DNA of 64,000 nt, taken from positions 6,324,001 through 6,388,000 of the forward strand of contig CP075492.1 in assembly GCA_021613535.1 (NCBI GenBank), given 5' to 3'. A program made the position numbers and the translations under genes. The notes under the pieces were generated by a model that did not search any database, had not been told where the DNA came from, and saw only the letters and a list, made by a program, of their open reading frames with translations. The stretch comes from Adineta vaga. Lineage: Eukaryota > Animalia > Rotifera. Shown here piece by piece: positions 38,183-49,229 of this stretch; the stretch's first letter is position 1, and every line of letters begins with the position of its first letter.

Positions 38183-39883
38183 ATGAGTAAACGATCTGTT
38201 GATGTGTAAGTCAAATCAAGTCATTTCATTTTATTAACGAGAGATTATTCGAGGAAGAATGACATCGAAAAATTTCTTTGATAAACATGCTGAACATCAA
38301 GATAAAACGAGTTTGGGTAAATTACGTTCAAAATATTGGACAACAAAACAAATGGTTATGAAAAAATTGGGTCGAGAAGAAGATGAATTTGTTATTGCAT
38401 CGGATGCTGATGTTGATGCTAAACTTGAATTACTCTATGCTGTTAAACAATCGTGTCATGATTTACTTCGTGTAAAACAAAAATATTCTTTCATTCTATT
38501 CTTTATCTATTCTATTTTTTGCTTTTTCATTCGAAATAGATTATGGATAATTATCAAACAAATGTTCTCTTTCTGTCGCATGAAGAAACAGATATGGCTC
38601 GATTTTTAAAAGATTATGCACAAGTGGATAAAACACGTGCAGGAAAAATGATGGCAAGTGTATCAAAAGTTCTTGCTTATACAGCTCATCAACGCCTAGC
38701 TTTACGGCAACCATTAGTTCGTTTACATAATGAAATTGAAACATTCCGTCATCGAGCTGTAACTGATACATTATCGACAGTGAAACGAATGGAAACAGCA
38801 CGAACAGAATATCGTGGAAGTATTCTTTGGTTAAAAGATGCATCTGTTCAACTTGATCCAGAAAAACAATTAGAAAAATTTCGTCGTGTTCAAAGTCAAG
38901 TAAAAACAACCAAAACCGAATATGATCGATTAAAATCAGATGTAATTCAAAAAATTGATCTATTAACAGCGAGTCGATGGTGAGTGTATATTCTTTCTCA
39001 AAGATTCGAATGTTTCATGTTTTATTTTAGTAATATGTATTCACATGCTTTGGCTACTTATCAAAAAGCACTTCTTGTTTTTTGGGAAAAAACTTCGAAA
39101 ACAATGTCCGCTGTTGCTGAATCATTTAAAGGTTATCAATACTATGAATTTACTGTAATTAAAGATCTTGCTGAACCAAGTCGATTATTAGCTGAGCTAA
39201 ATTCCAAATCAAAAACAAAAGTTAATGATGCACTTCTTAATACAAATCAAAAGGAAAAAGAAGAAAAATCATCGAATGAAAATAATCAAAAAGAATTATT
39301 GGATTTGACAGAACCAGTTAATGCATTAATTGATATAACTGATGATCAACTTGATGATCAACTTCTTGAATTAGAAAAATTAACGACTATTGATCGAACA
39401 CCAATAACAGCAACAAATTCGAAAGGAACATCTAATACTAATGATGAAAATCTTGTTGAATTAGCAGAGACAAAAGCTGAACATGACAAACTTTTTTCGG
39501 ATCTTCTTTCACCAATTTCATCAGGAAATACGACAACTAATGATCTGTTTGGAATAAATGATAATAATAGTTTTGATGCTCATTGGTCAGCAGCCTTTGG
39601 CAATACGTCAACTCAACAAACAACATCTGCTCCGCAAATCGATTCTACAACATCAAATAATAGTTTTCTTCCATCATCAATGTTAAGTGAATTATTAACA
39701 TCCATGAATAAGAATAGTAAATCAACTGTACAACCAGCAAATACTCCGAAACCGAAACCTGTTGCATCAAATAAAACATCGGATAAATCCAGTTGGTTGA
39801 ATTTATTTGCTGAACTTGATCCCATACAAAATCCGGACGCTATTGGTAAATCTGCTGGAGATGAAGCTGATCGGAATTGTTAA
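38183..39883 (+). CDS. ICA1: Islet cell autoantigen 1 (ICA69/RIC-19), arfaptin-homology BAR domain; start at 38183 (short first exon) or 38259
   Basis: KYWTTKQ...KLGREEDEFVIASDADVDAKLEL, EIETFRHRAVTDT, KIDLLTASR, FKGYQYYEF and C-terminal WLNLFAELDPIQNPDAIGK. Confidence 0.93.
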
Positions 39884-40300
39884 AAAAATAACGGACATAC
39901 TTTTTCTTCTTATCTAGTCATAGATTATGCATACATATATTCTCAGAGTGAATTTCCGAGAGAGAAAAATCAAAAAAAAAAGGAAAAGAAATGATCTAAA
40001 AACAGTGAGATGACTTTGTTTTTTGAACTGTATTATATATTCTATTTGTTTTAAAGAATTTCATTTATCTTCTTTTTTTTCTTGTCTTGTCTATGAATGT
40101 ATTCTATTCATTTAACCGTTGGTTTTATTTTGTTTTTCTTCGATGTTACAATATATATTTATCTCGATAATTCGATCGTCTAGTATTCGATTTGATCAAC
40201 TTTAGACATGAATAGATAGAGAGGAATTGTTTTTTTTTGAAAAACTATTTCGCAATTTTATTGACAATTGTTTGAATACATAAAGAAAAAGCGACGACAT

Positions 40301-40555
40301 TCAAATCAAAATTATTTCAATATTACGTACGGCACTTGTAATTCCATAATAACGTAATTTATGTTTAGATTTAATATGTCGACCTTTGTAATATAAATGA
40401 AATTTACCATGTGGATGAAATGTATGTTTTAATTGTGATTTAATGAATTCAACTTTGCGATTTTCATTTTCAGCAATATGTATTGACATACTTTTGCCAT
40501 CTGATTTACGAATTATTCGTAGAATAATTTGAGGTGATGGTATTGAAAAGGACAT
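40301..40555 (-). CDS. Small ubiquitin-like domain protein; may have an upstream exon
   Basis: KVEFIKSQL.....FHLYYKGRHI...HKLRYYGI matches the beta-grasp pattern tV..lK.....rLiy.Gk.L....L..ygI; no C-terminal GG. Confidence 0.6.
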   Translation of the reverse strand: MSFSIPSPQIILRIIRKSDGKSMSIHIAENENRKVEFIKSQLKHTFHPHGKFHLYYKGRHIKSKHKLRYYGITSAVRNIEIILI

Positions 40556-40953
40556 GTACGTTGAGGGCAACTTAAGATCAAATGTATGAATATGTTTCGT
40601 TCGAACTACAGTAGAATCATTCTTTTTCTCCAATTTTTTAATAGACGAATGTTGAGTAAATATGTATCGTCGTCAGTCAGTCTTTTTCTTTGAATAAGCG
40701 GAGAAAAAGTTTACATACATAAGATTAATAGTAGTTAGACAGCCGACGGGAGAGAAAAACGTTTTGTACGTTGTGTGGAAGTATTCAATCGTCATTAGAA
40801 ACGATGAAAATATAGAGAAGTGGACTATTAAAAAGAAAACAAGATTCATTCCTTTTTATGTATAAAATTTTTTACAACTGTAAGGCAAGTAAATAGATAA
40901 TAGAAAATTCTACAATTTATTAACTAATGATGCTATAGTAATCGTTCTTTGGA

Positions 40954-42390
40954 TTATAGATTTTCTGTTGTGATCATCGATTCATGAGTGTAGCCTGTTG
41001 GATATTTGGATGTATTGGATAATGTAAATTCATTCTCGACGGTTGGAGAATTACGTCGTATTTTCAAACCATGTGTAATCCAATGGTAGAGAGCATAAGC
41101 TAAAACTACGACGAAACCAACCATAGGAACGAGAAATGAAATACGAGTTGAATAAGTATCAGCTATAACTCCTTGAATAGGTGGAAAGGCAGCTCCACCA
41201 GAAACTCCCATAATAAGAATACCAGCTCCACGTCGAGTATGACGACCAAGATTCGTTGTTCCTAACACGAATATAGTAGGAAACATAAGTGATTCAAAGA
41301 AAAATAAAGCAATAAGAACAATAACAGCTGCACGACCGTAACCAAATGATATGTATACTGAAAGTGCAATACTAATAATTGAATAAACGAGAAGAATTAA
41401 ATCAGCTTGGAAGAAATGAGCTAAACCCGTGCCAATAAATCGACCAACGGTAAATGTTATTAGAGCATAGGATAAAAGATTTGATGCTTGTGGATCAGTA
41501 AAATCAGCATTTTCAGTTGCATAATTAATAAAAAATGAACCTACAGTTACCTAAAGTAGAATATTTTTAAATACATATTTTCTATGAATTGCAGTACAAT
41601 TATTTACCTGAGCACCAACGTAACAAAATTGTGCAATGAATGCAAATATCATATTGTATTGTTTCCACAATGGTCTATCTTCTTCTGTTGCATCAGTAGT
41701 CAAATTTTCATCCTCTGCCATTACTTCTGGTAGTTTAGCAAAGATGAAAAAAATTGCTACTAACACTGCAGTACAAGCTACTGCTATGTACACATATTTT
41801 ACATTATCAAGATTACTAGAATTTTCGCCTGAGAAGAACAATCGAGAAGCAATCAATGGACCGATGAATGATGCAACACCATTCCATGATTGACAGAATT
41901 GTAAACGCATTGAAGCTGTTTTTGGATCACCAATAATTGTAGCATAGGAATTTGCAGATGTTTCAAGTGTGGCAAGACCACATGCAATAACAAAAGTACA
42001 AACAATAAAACCACCAAATGCTTGTTTAGCATTACTTGGATTGGAATAATGAGCAGTTGGCCAGAAGAAAATAGCACCTATTGCATAAAGAGCTAATCCT
42101 AGGACGATGGTTATCTTGTAACCTTTACGTTTGAGTAGTTCAGCAGCAAATGGTGAAAAACAGAAGTAACCGCCACCAAAATAAACAATTTGTAATGCTG
42201 TTGATTCAAGTCGTGTAATTTTGAGAACGTTTTGAAAATGTTTATTTAATACATCGAGTAAACCATATGAAAATCCCCATAGAAAAAATAATGAAATCGC
42301 GAGACAAAGAGGAAATATTAATTGTCGACCTTTCAAATACGGTCGATCTGATGGTGATGATGATGATAGAAGAACAATACCTCCAGCCAT
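40954..42390 (-). CDS. fucP: MFS sugar:H+ symporter of the FucP/GluP (fucose permease) family, fungal-like; one intron at about 41552-41608
   Basis: SLFFLWGFSYGLLDVLNKHFQ, ACGLATLETSANSY, RLQFCQSWNGVAS, AQFCYVGAQ spliced to VTVGSFFINY, FFESLMFPTIF and MGVSGGA. Confidence 0.92.
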
Positions 42391-43156
42391 TTTTGAAGTT
42401 CCGTCCTATGAAATAAAATATAATTTTTGTAAGACAATAATGCAATGTAGTATATATATATATATATGTATTCATGGATTGAATTAACAAAGACAACACT
42501 TACAGATATTCAAAATTATCTACACATACTCGGTAAGAAATCGTTTATAACTAAGATATATTTATATGACTGTCATATACATAATCAGATATCATCATTC
42601 ATAGTCGTATACAGGTGTGTCATATGTGGTAATAGACTAATCAAGAGATCAAAATTCTTTTCTATTCTTCTAATTCAAAACAACCTGTTGGTTATAGATC
42701 AGTAAAAAGAATGAAATCTCTCACCTTTGATAGAAGAAAAAACGATCGATCACAATCATCATAATAAATTTTCTTTACCCTTTTATTATCTCAAAATATG
42801 CATAGGTTTATTTCATTTTAATGCCACTCATAATCACAAATAGAATATTCACGAGATGTTTTTTGTTGTCAAATTCTTCCACAATACATTATCATTTTAT
42901 ATAGTTTTATGAAAATAAAACCGTTGCTTCAGTAGATAGTTTCTTCTTAAGACTATTGGAATTCCATTTTACGATACTTTCATACTGCTACAGTTCCATC
43001 CACACCCACATTCACCTTTTTGCGTATTGAAAAAGACATTTTCGATTTTATCATTGACAAGGGATGCTTTGTCATATAGATTTAATTTAGTGAATAGAAT
43101 TATTTATTTTCACACATGATATCGAACTAATAGAAGAAAAGAAAACACAACGAATA

Positions 43157-45021
43157 TTATTCAGCGTCTGTATATTCTATATGAGTATCTCTTGGCCATT
43201 CTACTGTATATTCAAATGGTAGACAACATTCACCACGTGCTGGTAAAATACATTTCCATTCTAAATTGTTTGAATCATTCATTTTAACAGTAGAATTAGC
43301 ACCTTGTTCTTTCGCTCGTAGATCAGGTCTCAATATTTTAATTTTGATCTTTTCGTTCGATGAAAGTGGTACTTGTTCATAAACAAAAATTGTAACTGCA
43401 GATAACTTTGTATTAATAAGACATGTTTCATGATAGATATTTTCAAGATGTACTTTGGAAATAAGTCCTTGAATATCATTAACTTTTTTGACAGGTTTAT
43501 ATGTTACTTTAACACTAGTATCAACACCTAAGGGAAGATCGAATGTATCACCTGGACAAACATTATCAATTGAACTATGTGTAATGAAATTGTTATTCAT
43601 AAAAACTGATGCTGGTCCAGTTAACAATTGTTTATCCGATGTATTCGTTGTTGATGCTTTAAGAAAAGCATGAACTGATTTTTTCGGTACAACTGTATAA
43701 GTAAATATTGAGGTAAGATTAAGAACAGCAATCGTTACTTTATGTGGTTTACCCTACAGATAAATGGCTCGTAGAAGAATGATGAATTAGACGAAAGAAA
43801 TTAAACATACATCTGCATTTATTGTTGCTCGTCGAAGAATCGTGAAGCTTGCACTAGACATGCTTACTTCAGTCTGAGTAGCTAAAATATTGATTGAATT
43901 CGATGACTTATCATCAGCATCACTTTCGTAGCATGATTTGTCATATGTATGTGAGCGCGTTTTTGATAATGTGAACGATTTTTTCTGATATTTTGAAGCT
44001 GATTTTAAACAACTTGTAGGTGCGTCTGTACTTGATGATCGTCGACGATAATAATCAGGTATTCCATAGCCTATTTTCATTGTTGCTAATTTTGGTAAAG
44101 CACCACCAAGCGATGGCATTGCAGTTGACAATGATAATTGTACATCAGACCAATTTTCTTGACTTTGATTAATCTATCGGAAAAGATTGAGTAAATGAAC
44201 AGTGATGAAATTTTCAATATACTTACAATAATACCATAGTATGTTAGTTGAGTTTGTTGTGATGTTGCTTCAGCATTATTGACACGAACATCATAACTGG
44301 CTGTCCATGAACAATTACTGATTAAATAGGATATTTCCAAAGCAATATCAATCTCATTGCTGGATATATGAACAGTAATGGTTACTTCTCGTTTTGTTTT
44401 TCGACGATTTACTTCTCCTTCAACACCATGTTCATTCATTTTTGTTTGTAATTCATCTCGTCGTTGTTTTAATTTTTCTAATTGATGATCTTCATTTGTT
44501 GTTTCGTCATCTAATTTTGATAAATGTTTATAATAAAAATCAATAAATTGTTCCATAGAATCAATTTTATCCGTATTCAATTGTCCTTCTTGATTCATCA
44601 ATGTTAACGCACGACCATCGAGCCATGTGCGTTGTTTACGAAGTCGTTCTAATTCTTGTTCATGTTTCTGAATATTTGCTTGAACATTGTTCAACTCATT
44701 TTGTAATTGATCTAATGATGTTAAACTCATTTCTGGTGTTGTATTTTCATAGCAAACTTGATAGGATACTTCAAGAATTGTACATGCTTTACCTGTTCCA
44801 CCACTAACATGTAACGATGTTAAATCAACAGAGGGAGAAAAATCAGCAAACACCAAATCATAAGTACCTTCTTTGTCAAAATGATGATTCACGGAACGAG
44901 TGACTTCAGCACGGTCATTGTAGACAGTCACATACTGTACAGGACATTGTTGATCAATATCAAATCGTATGGCAGATGCTTTCGCATTCATTGGAACTTC
45001 TTGTATTGTTTTTTCTTCCAT
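43157..45021 (-). CDS. DUF4140/DUF4139 protein (F37C4.5 / MuiA-like), 3 coding exons
   Basis: VTVYNDRAEVTR, a coiled coil, SYLISNCSWTASYDVRV, LSLSTAMPS, TINADGKPHKVTI, LLTGPASVF and FDLPLGVD. Confidence 0.88.
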
Positions 45022-45750
45022 TCGAAAAAAAGAATGATTTACACTATCTACGTTGTTACTCAATCGTAGTGTAATTATATGTTTTCTCTACGTATGTTTT
45101 TCATCAAATAACGTGATATGTATTATGTCAACAGAACGCACTATTTTTATGCGTTTTTTTTCAACTACTGCAATTTGTGTTCGTGGCAAAATGATTCATA
45201 GTTATTTGGCATAGAAAGATATTTTATCTCATGTTACTAACTTTACATTCTCTGAAAGAATATTACAAAAAAAGAAATACGAAGAAAGTTTTTTTTGTTA
45301 CAACTGAAGACGAGTTTTTCGAAGATTTAAAAAAGTCAATGGTAGACGTTCACAATAGAATGATGTTCGAATAATCTTACCATATTCAATTTCAATAAGA
45401 TTTCTAGTTGTAGTGATCCTTCTCTACCAAGTCTATTACCTTCAAGATTCATTTTTGTCAAAATATCTAAAATTCGTAGAATACTTAATTAAATCACTTC
45501 AAGAATACAACGTTAAGAAGTTTGAATCAAGATTTACTTGAATCTGATCATAACTATCGACAATCTTTTAGTAAAAATATGTTTTAAAACTCGCATTTTT
45601 CTTTCCATCAACTCGTATCGGTATGTTTATTCACATTATTTCAACAATATTCATCGTAATTGTGCAATATTATTACTTACATATTAATTTTTCACGTTGT
45701 TTTCTCGAATTAGTCATTAACAGAATATACAGTAAAAACATCATCGCTCT

Positions 45751-46981
45751 TTATTTTTCTGATAAATCTATTTCATAAAGTTCATGTGGTGGTTCGATTA
45801 ATTGTGTATCTCTTTCAAATTTATAACCAAGTGGATTGTTTATATATTTAATTCCATCACCAATATCCAATACCATTTTTCTATGACTATGCCCTAATAA
45901 AAATAAAGATAAATCAAATAGTTATTTATTGGGAGAAACAGCAAACCAAATATATGTATTTGTGGTTTAATCAATTGTAATTGTTCATCTAATAGTTCTG
46001 TACCAGCTACTAATGAAAAATTTGCTTTAACCGCTCCACTATTCTTTTCTTGATTGCTAGCTGTTTGATTATGACTATCACGCCAATAATTTCGTCGACG
46101 TTGCATTTCATCACGATACGCTTGCATTAATTTCCTAAGAAAAAATATCACTACCTAGTTTAAATAAAATGTACTGATCATTTGTACTAACCTGCTTGTT
46201 AAAAAATGTGAAAATGTAATGATTTTCGATTGATTATTTTTCACTTTTAAATCAGATATGGTTGATTCATTAAGTTTAACAAAATATTCTGCTGCTTTAT
46301 TTTGTGGTACTTCCTGTAACATTTTTTATTAAAACAATAAAATCACTATATTTTACTTACATCTGTCCATTTACATCGATAATAATCACTCCAAAGTCGT
46401 AAATCACTTTCGACTTCCGGATGTGGCATATGTAAACTTTCGTCATACCTAAATTAAAGTATTCAAACACATAGAAATATCAAATTGTATACTATCTACC
46501 ATGCAAATAAAGGTATAATCGTTACTCCTTGATCAGTCGTACCCGGTCGCATTCGAACACCAATAGTCTCACAAAGTTTTGATATCTAAAAGAAAAAGGT
46601 CAAAAGGTACACTTCGAATTAATCCTATCGAAATTTGCTTACATAATGAAATTTTTCAATTGAATTATCAACATGTAATTCTTCATCTTCCATCGATGAT
46701 TGTGTCCATAATTCATGATTACCAGGACAATAATACACATCTTTAAATTTCAATTTGAATAATTTTAATGTTTGAGTTAATTTTGATAAAACATGTGTTA
46801 TATCACCTAAAGTGCATGAAGAAAAAGCATGGATTATATCGAAATAATATTACATATTTCAACCTGGAAGAATCACTGTATCATTCAGATATTTTTCAGC
46901 TGATATTTGTTCAATCCATTTCATATTCTCCAATTGATCGACATGAAGATCTGAGATAGCATAAATCTTTCCATCTGTCAT
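45751..46981 (-). CDS. Calcineurin-like metallophosphoesterase, PptH-like (carrier-protein phosphodiesterase) subfamily, about 7 exons
   Basis: Mostly missed by the ORF track. MTDGKIYAISDLHVD, LPG spliced to DI, YCPGNHELW, IIPLFAWYD, ITFSHF, HIFG spliced to HSH, NPLGY; TAA at 45751. Confidence 0.85.
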
Positions 46982-47517
46982 GCTTGATAAAACAAAACAA
47001 CGATTGTTATGTGTTCTTTTTGTTAAAAATGATACGATACACGTGTCATGATAAGCGAAAAACAGAACAGAAGAAAAAAAAAACTTCGCCGATAGAAACC
47101 ATGATTAACGTTCGTCGTGATTTCCTATTGATTGCTTTCGCCTACCTGTGAGTTATTAACGTACTCAAAATGAACTGAAAATTTAGAACAGTATTTTATA
47201 TGCTCATTTCAAACTCAATCAATTAAATTTTATTCTTGTCATTTTTCTCGATGAAAAGAATCAATAATCCGTTGTTTTTTTTCAAGAGATTCACTTCTAC
47301 CAGTACTTTCAGGGTTATTTTTGTAATGACTTATTTGATGAAATTAAGATTGACAGATCCGTAATAAATCAGTCGTAAGAACAAACGTAAATAGGTTTTC
47401 TTTTCAATATGTTTTTGTTTATATAATAGATATCCATTTAACTAACCACCCTATTTCAATAACAAGATAATGATATATATTATTTGATCGTATCAATCAA
47501 AACAACAATTATGAGCC

Positions 47518-47549
47518 TATAAAAGCTTTGTGTAAATTAAGTAGTCAGT
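47518..47549 (+). promoter_or_regulatory. TATA box and TCAGT initiator core promoter of the SDR gene
   Basis: TATAAAAG at 47518-47525 and TCAGT at 47545-47549 (Inr A is 29 nt from the TATA start); ATG at 47568. Confidence 0.65.
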
Positions 47550-47567
47550 ACTCATATTTAAGTCCTA

Positions 47568-48584
47568 ATGACGACCACAAGCCGAGTACAAAACTTAAAG
47601 GGAAAAGTCGCTCTCGGTAAGTTTTATCTTGAATTGAATTACTTTCTGATACTGTTCTGTTTTTGTAGTGACTGGTTCTAGTCGAGGAATCGGTGCAGCA
47701 GCAGTTGTTCGTCTTGCTGAACATGGTGCTGATGTAGTTGTCACTTATTTATCATCAGATAAATTAGCTGAAGAAGTCGCTAATCGTTGTCGAGCACTTG
47801 GTGTACGTGCTCTTGTTGTACAAGGAGATCTAACAAAACAAGGAGATGTAGCTAAACTTTTTGAACAAATTATGGAAAGATTTGGTCGATTAGATATCGT
47901 TTTTTCCAATGCTGGTATTGAACATTGGGGTAAACCGAATGAAGTTGATGAAGAACAAATTGATAAGGTATATTCTTTGAGCTGATCAATTATTTAAATT
48001 AATTTTCATTCATCATTTAGGTCTTTAATATAAATGTGAAATCACAATTTTTTGTCGCACAACAAGCATACAAATATCTGAATAACGATGGTCGTCTTAT
48101 TCTTATGTCATCACTAGCTGCTCATAGAGTCCGAAAACTTTCAATTGTTTGTATGTCGTATAACAAATCTGCTTTTTTTTATAGGGCATTCCTGGTCATA
48201 GTATTTATGCTGCATCAAAAGCAGCTGTTCAAGGTATGGTTCGTTGTCTAGCGTATGATTTTGGACCACGAAATATTACAGTCAATTGTGTTGCACCTGG
48301 TGGCATAAAAACAGATATGTATGGTAAGTTTTTATCTTCTAAATAACTATTCTCGTTATTGACTTTCTCGATTGTTTATAGCTGAATCAGCTCCAAACTA
48401 CATTCCTGGTGCTGACAAAATGACGGAAGCTGAGCTTGATCGTGCAGTAGGAAAGTGGAGTCCACTTGGCCGACCAGGTATAACTGATGATACCAGTGGT
48501 ATTATCGCTTTGTTGGCAAGTCCCGATAGTCAATGGATTACTGGGCAGACACTACAAGTTAGTGGTGGTGCTCAAATGACTTGA
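47568..48584 (+). CDS. Short-chain dehydrogenase/reductase, fungal tri/tetrahydroxynaphthalene reductase-like, 5 exons
   Basis: LKGKVAL spliced to [27 protein letters not shown]...GRLILMSS, catalytic [31 protein letters not shown] and QWITGQ. Confidence 0.92.
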
Positions 48585-49229
48585 AAAGATCAACATTGTT
48601 TTACACAATTTAAAAAAAAAGAACTTTCATTTATACTTAGAAAAGTTTCATTCATAAATAAATATTTTTGAAATATATGTCTTTCTCTAATTATCCAAAT
48701 ATCTCGAAATCAATCACATATCACATTTCGATTATTTTGATGTCATTGATAACTATCTGTCTGTAGTTGACATACCTATATTCTTCTTAACATGTCACAA
48801 AATATGATTGAAGGTAAAATAAATGACTAGTTTATTTCTCAGTATTAGTTGTTTACAAGAGAAAAAAATAAGAAAGGACCGGGATAGGATTTTGATTATA
48901 ATCTTGAAACTAAGAAAAATATCATTAGCTTTTCTTTTGATAGGTGAATATTGAATGATTGAAAGTATTTTTCATTAATATATGTAGTTCACAGAAAATG
49001 ATTTCATGTTTATTTGTTTTGAAGAGAAATATCGAGTGAAGAAGAGGAAAAAAAGACATCACACGTTGTTTTATTGTTTTTAGTTTGAAAAACCACACAA
49101 ACAAAAGAGAAAAAAAGAAACGTAAACTTAAAATCTTCTCGACGGAACGAACAAAAGAAAAAGAGAAAAAACGTAAAGTAGCAAGCTCAAGCATGAATAA
49201 TGTCTGCACAGAAAAAGAAACGTTTTTTT

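Noticed and set aside
38541-38909. Antisense and alternate-frame ORFs overlapping real genes (also 423-662, 16618-16953, 41636-41893 and others)
   Set aside because: Shadow ORFs explained by codon bias of the true CDS.
47100-47180. Possible C/D box snoRNA (ATGATTA ... CTGA)
   Set aside because: Box C is imperfect, there is no terminal stem, and only about 9 nt of recalled rRNA complementarity.
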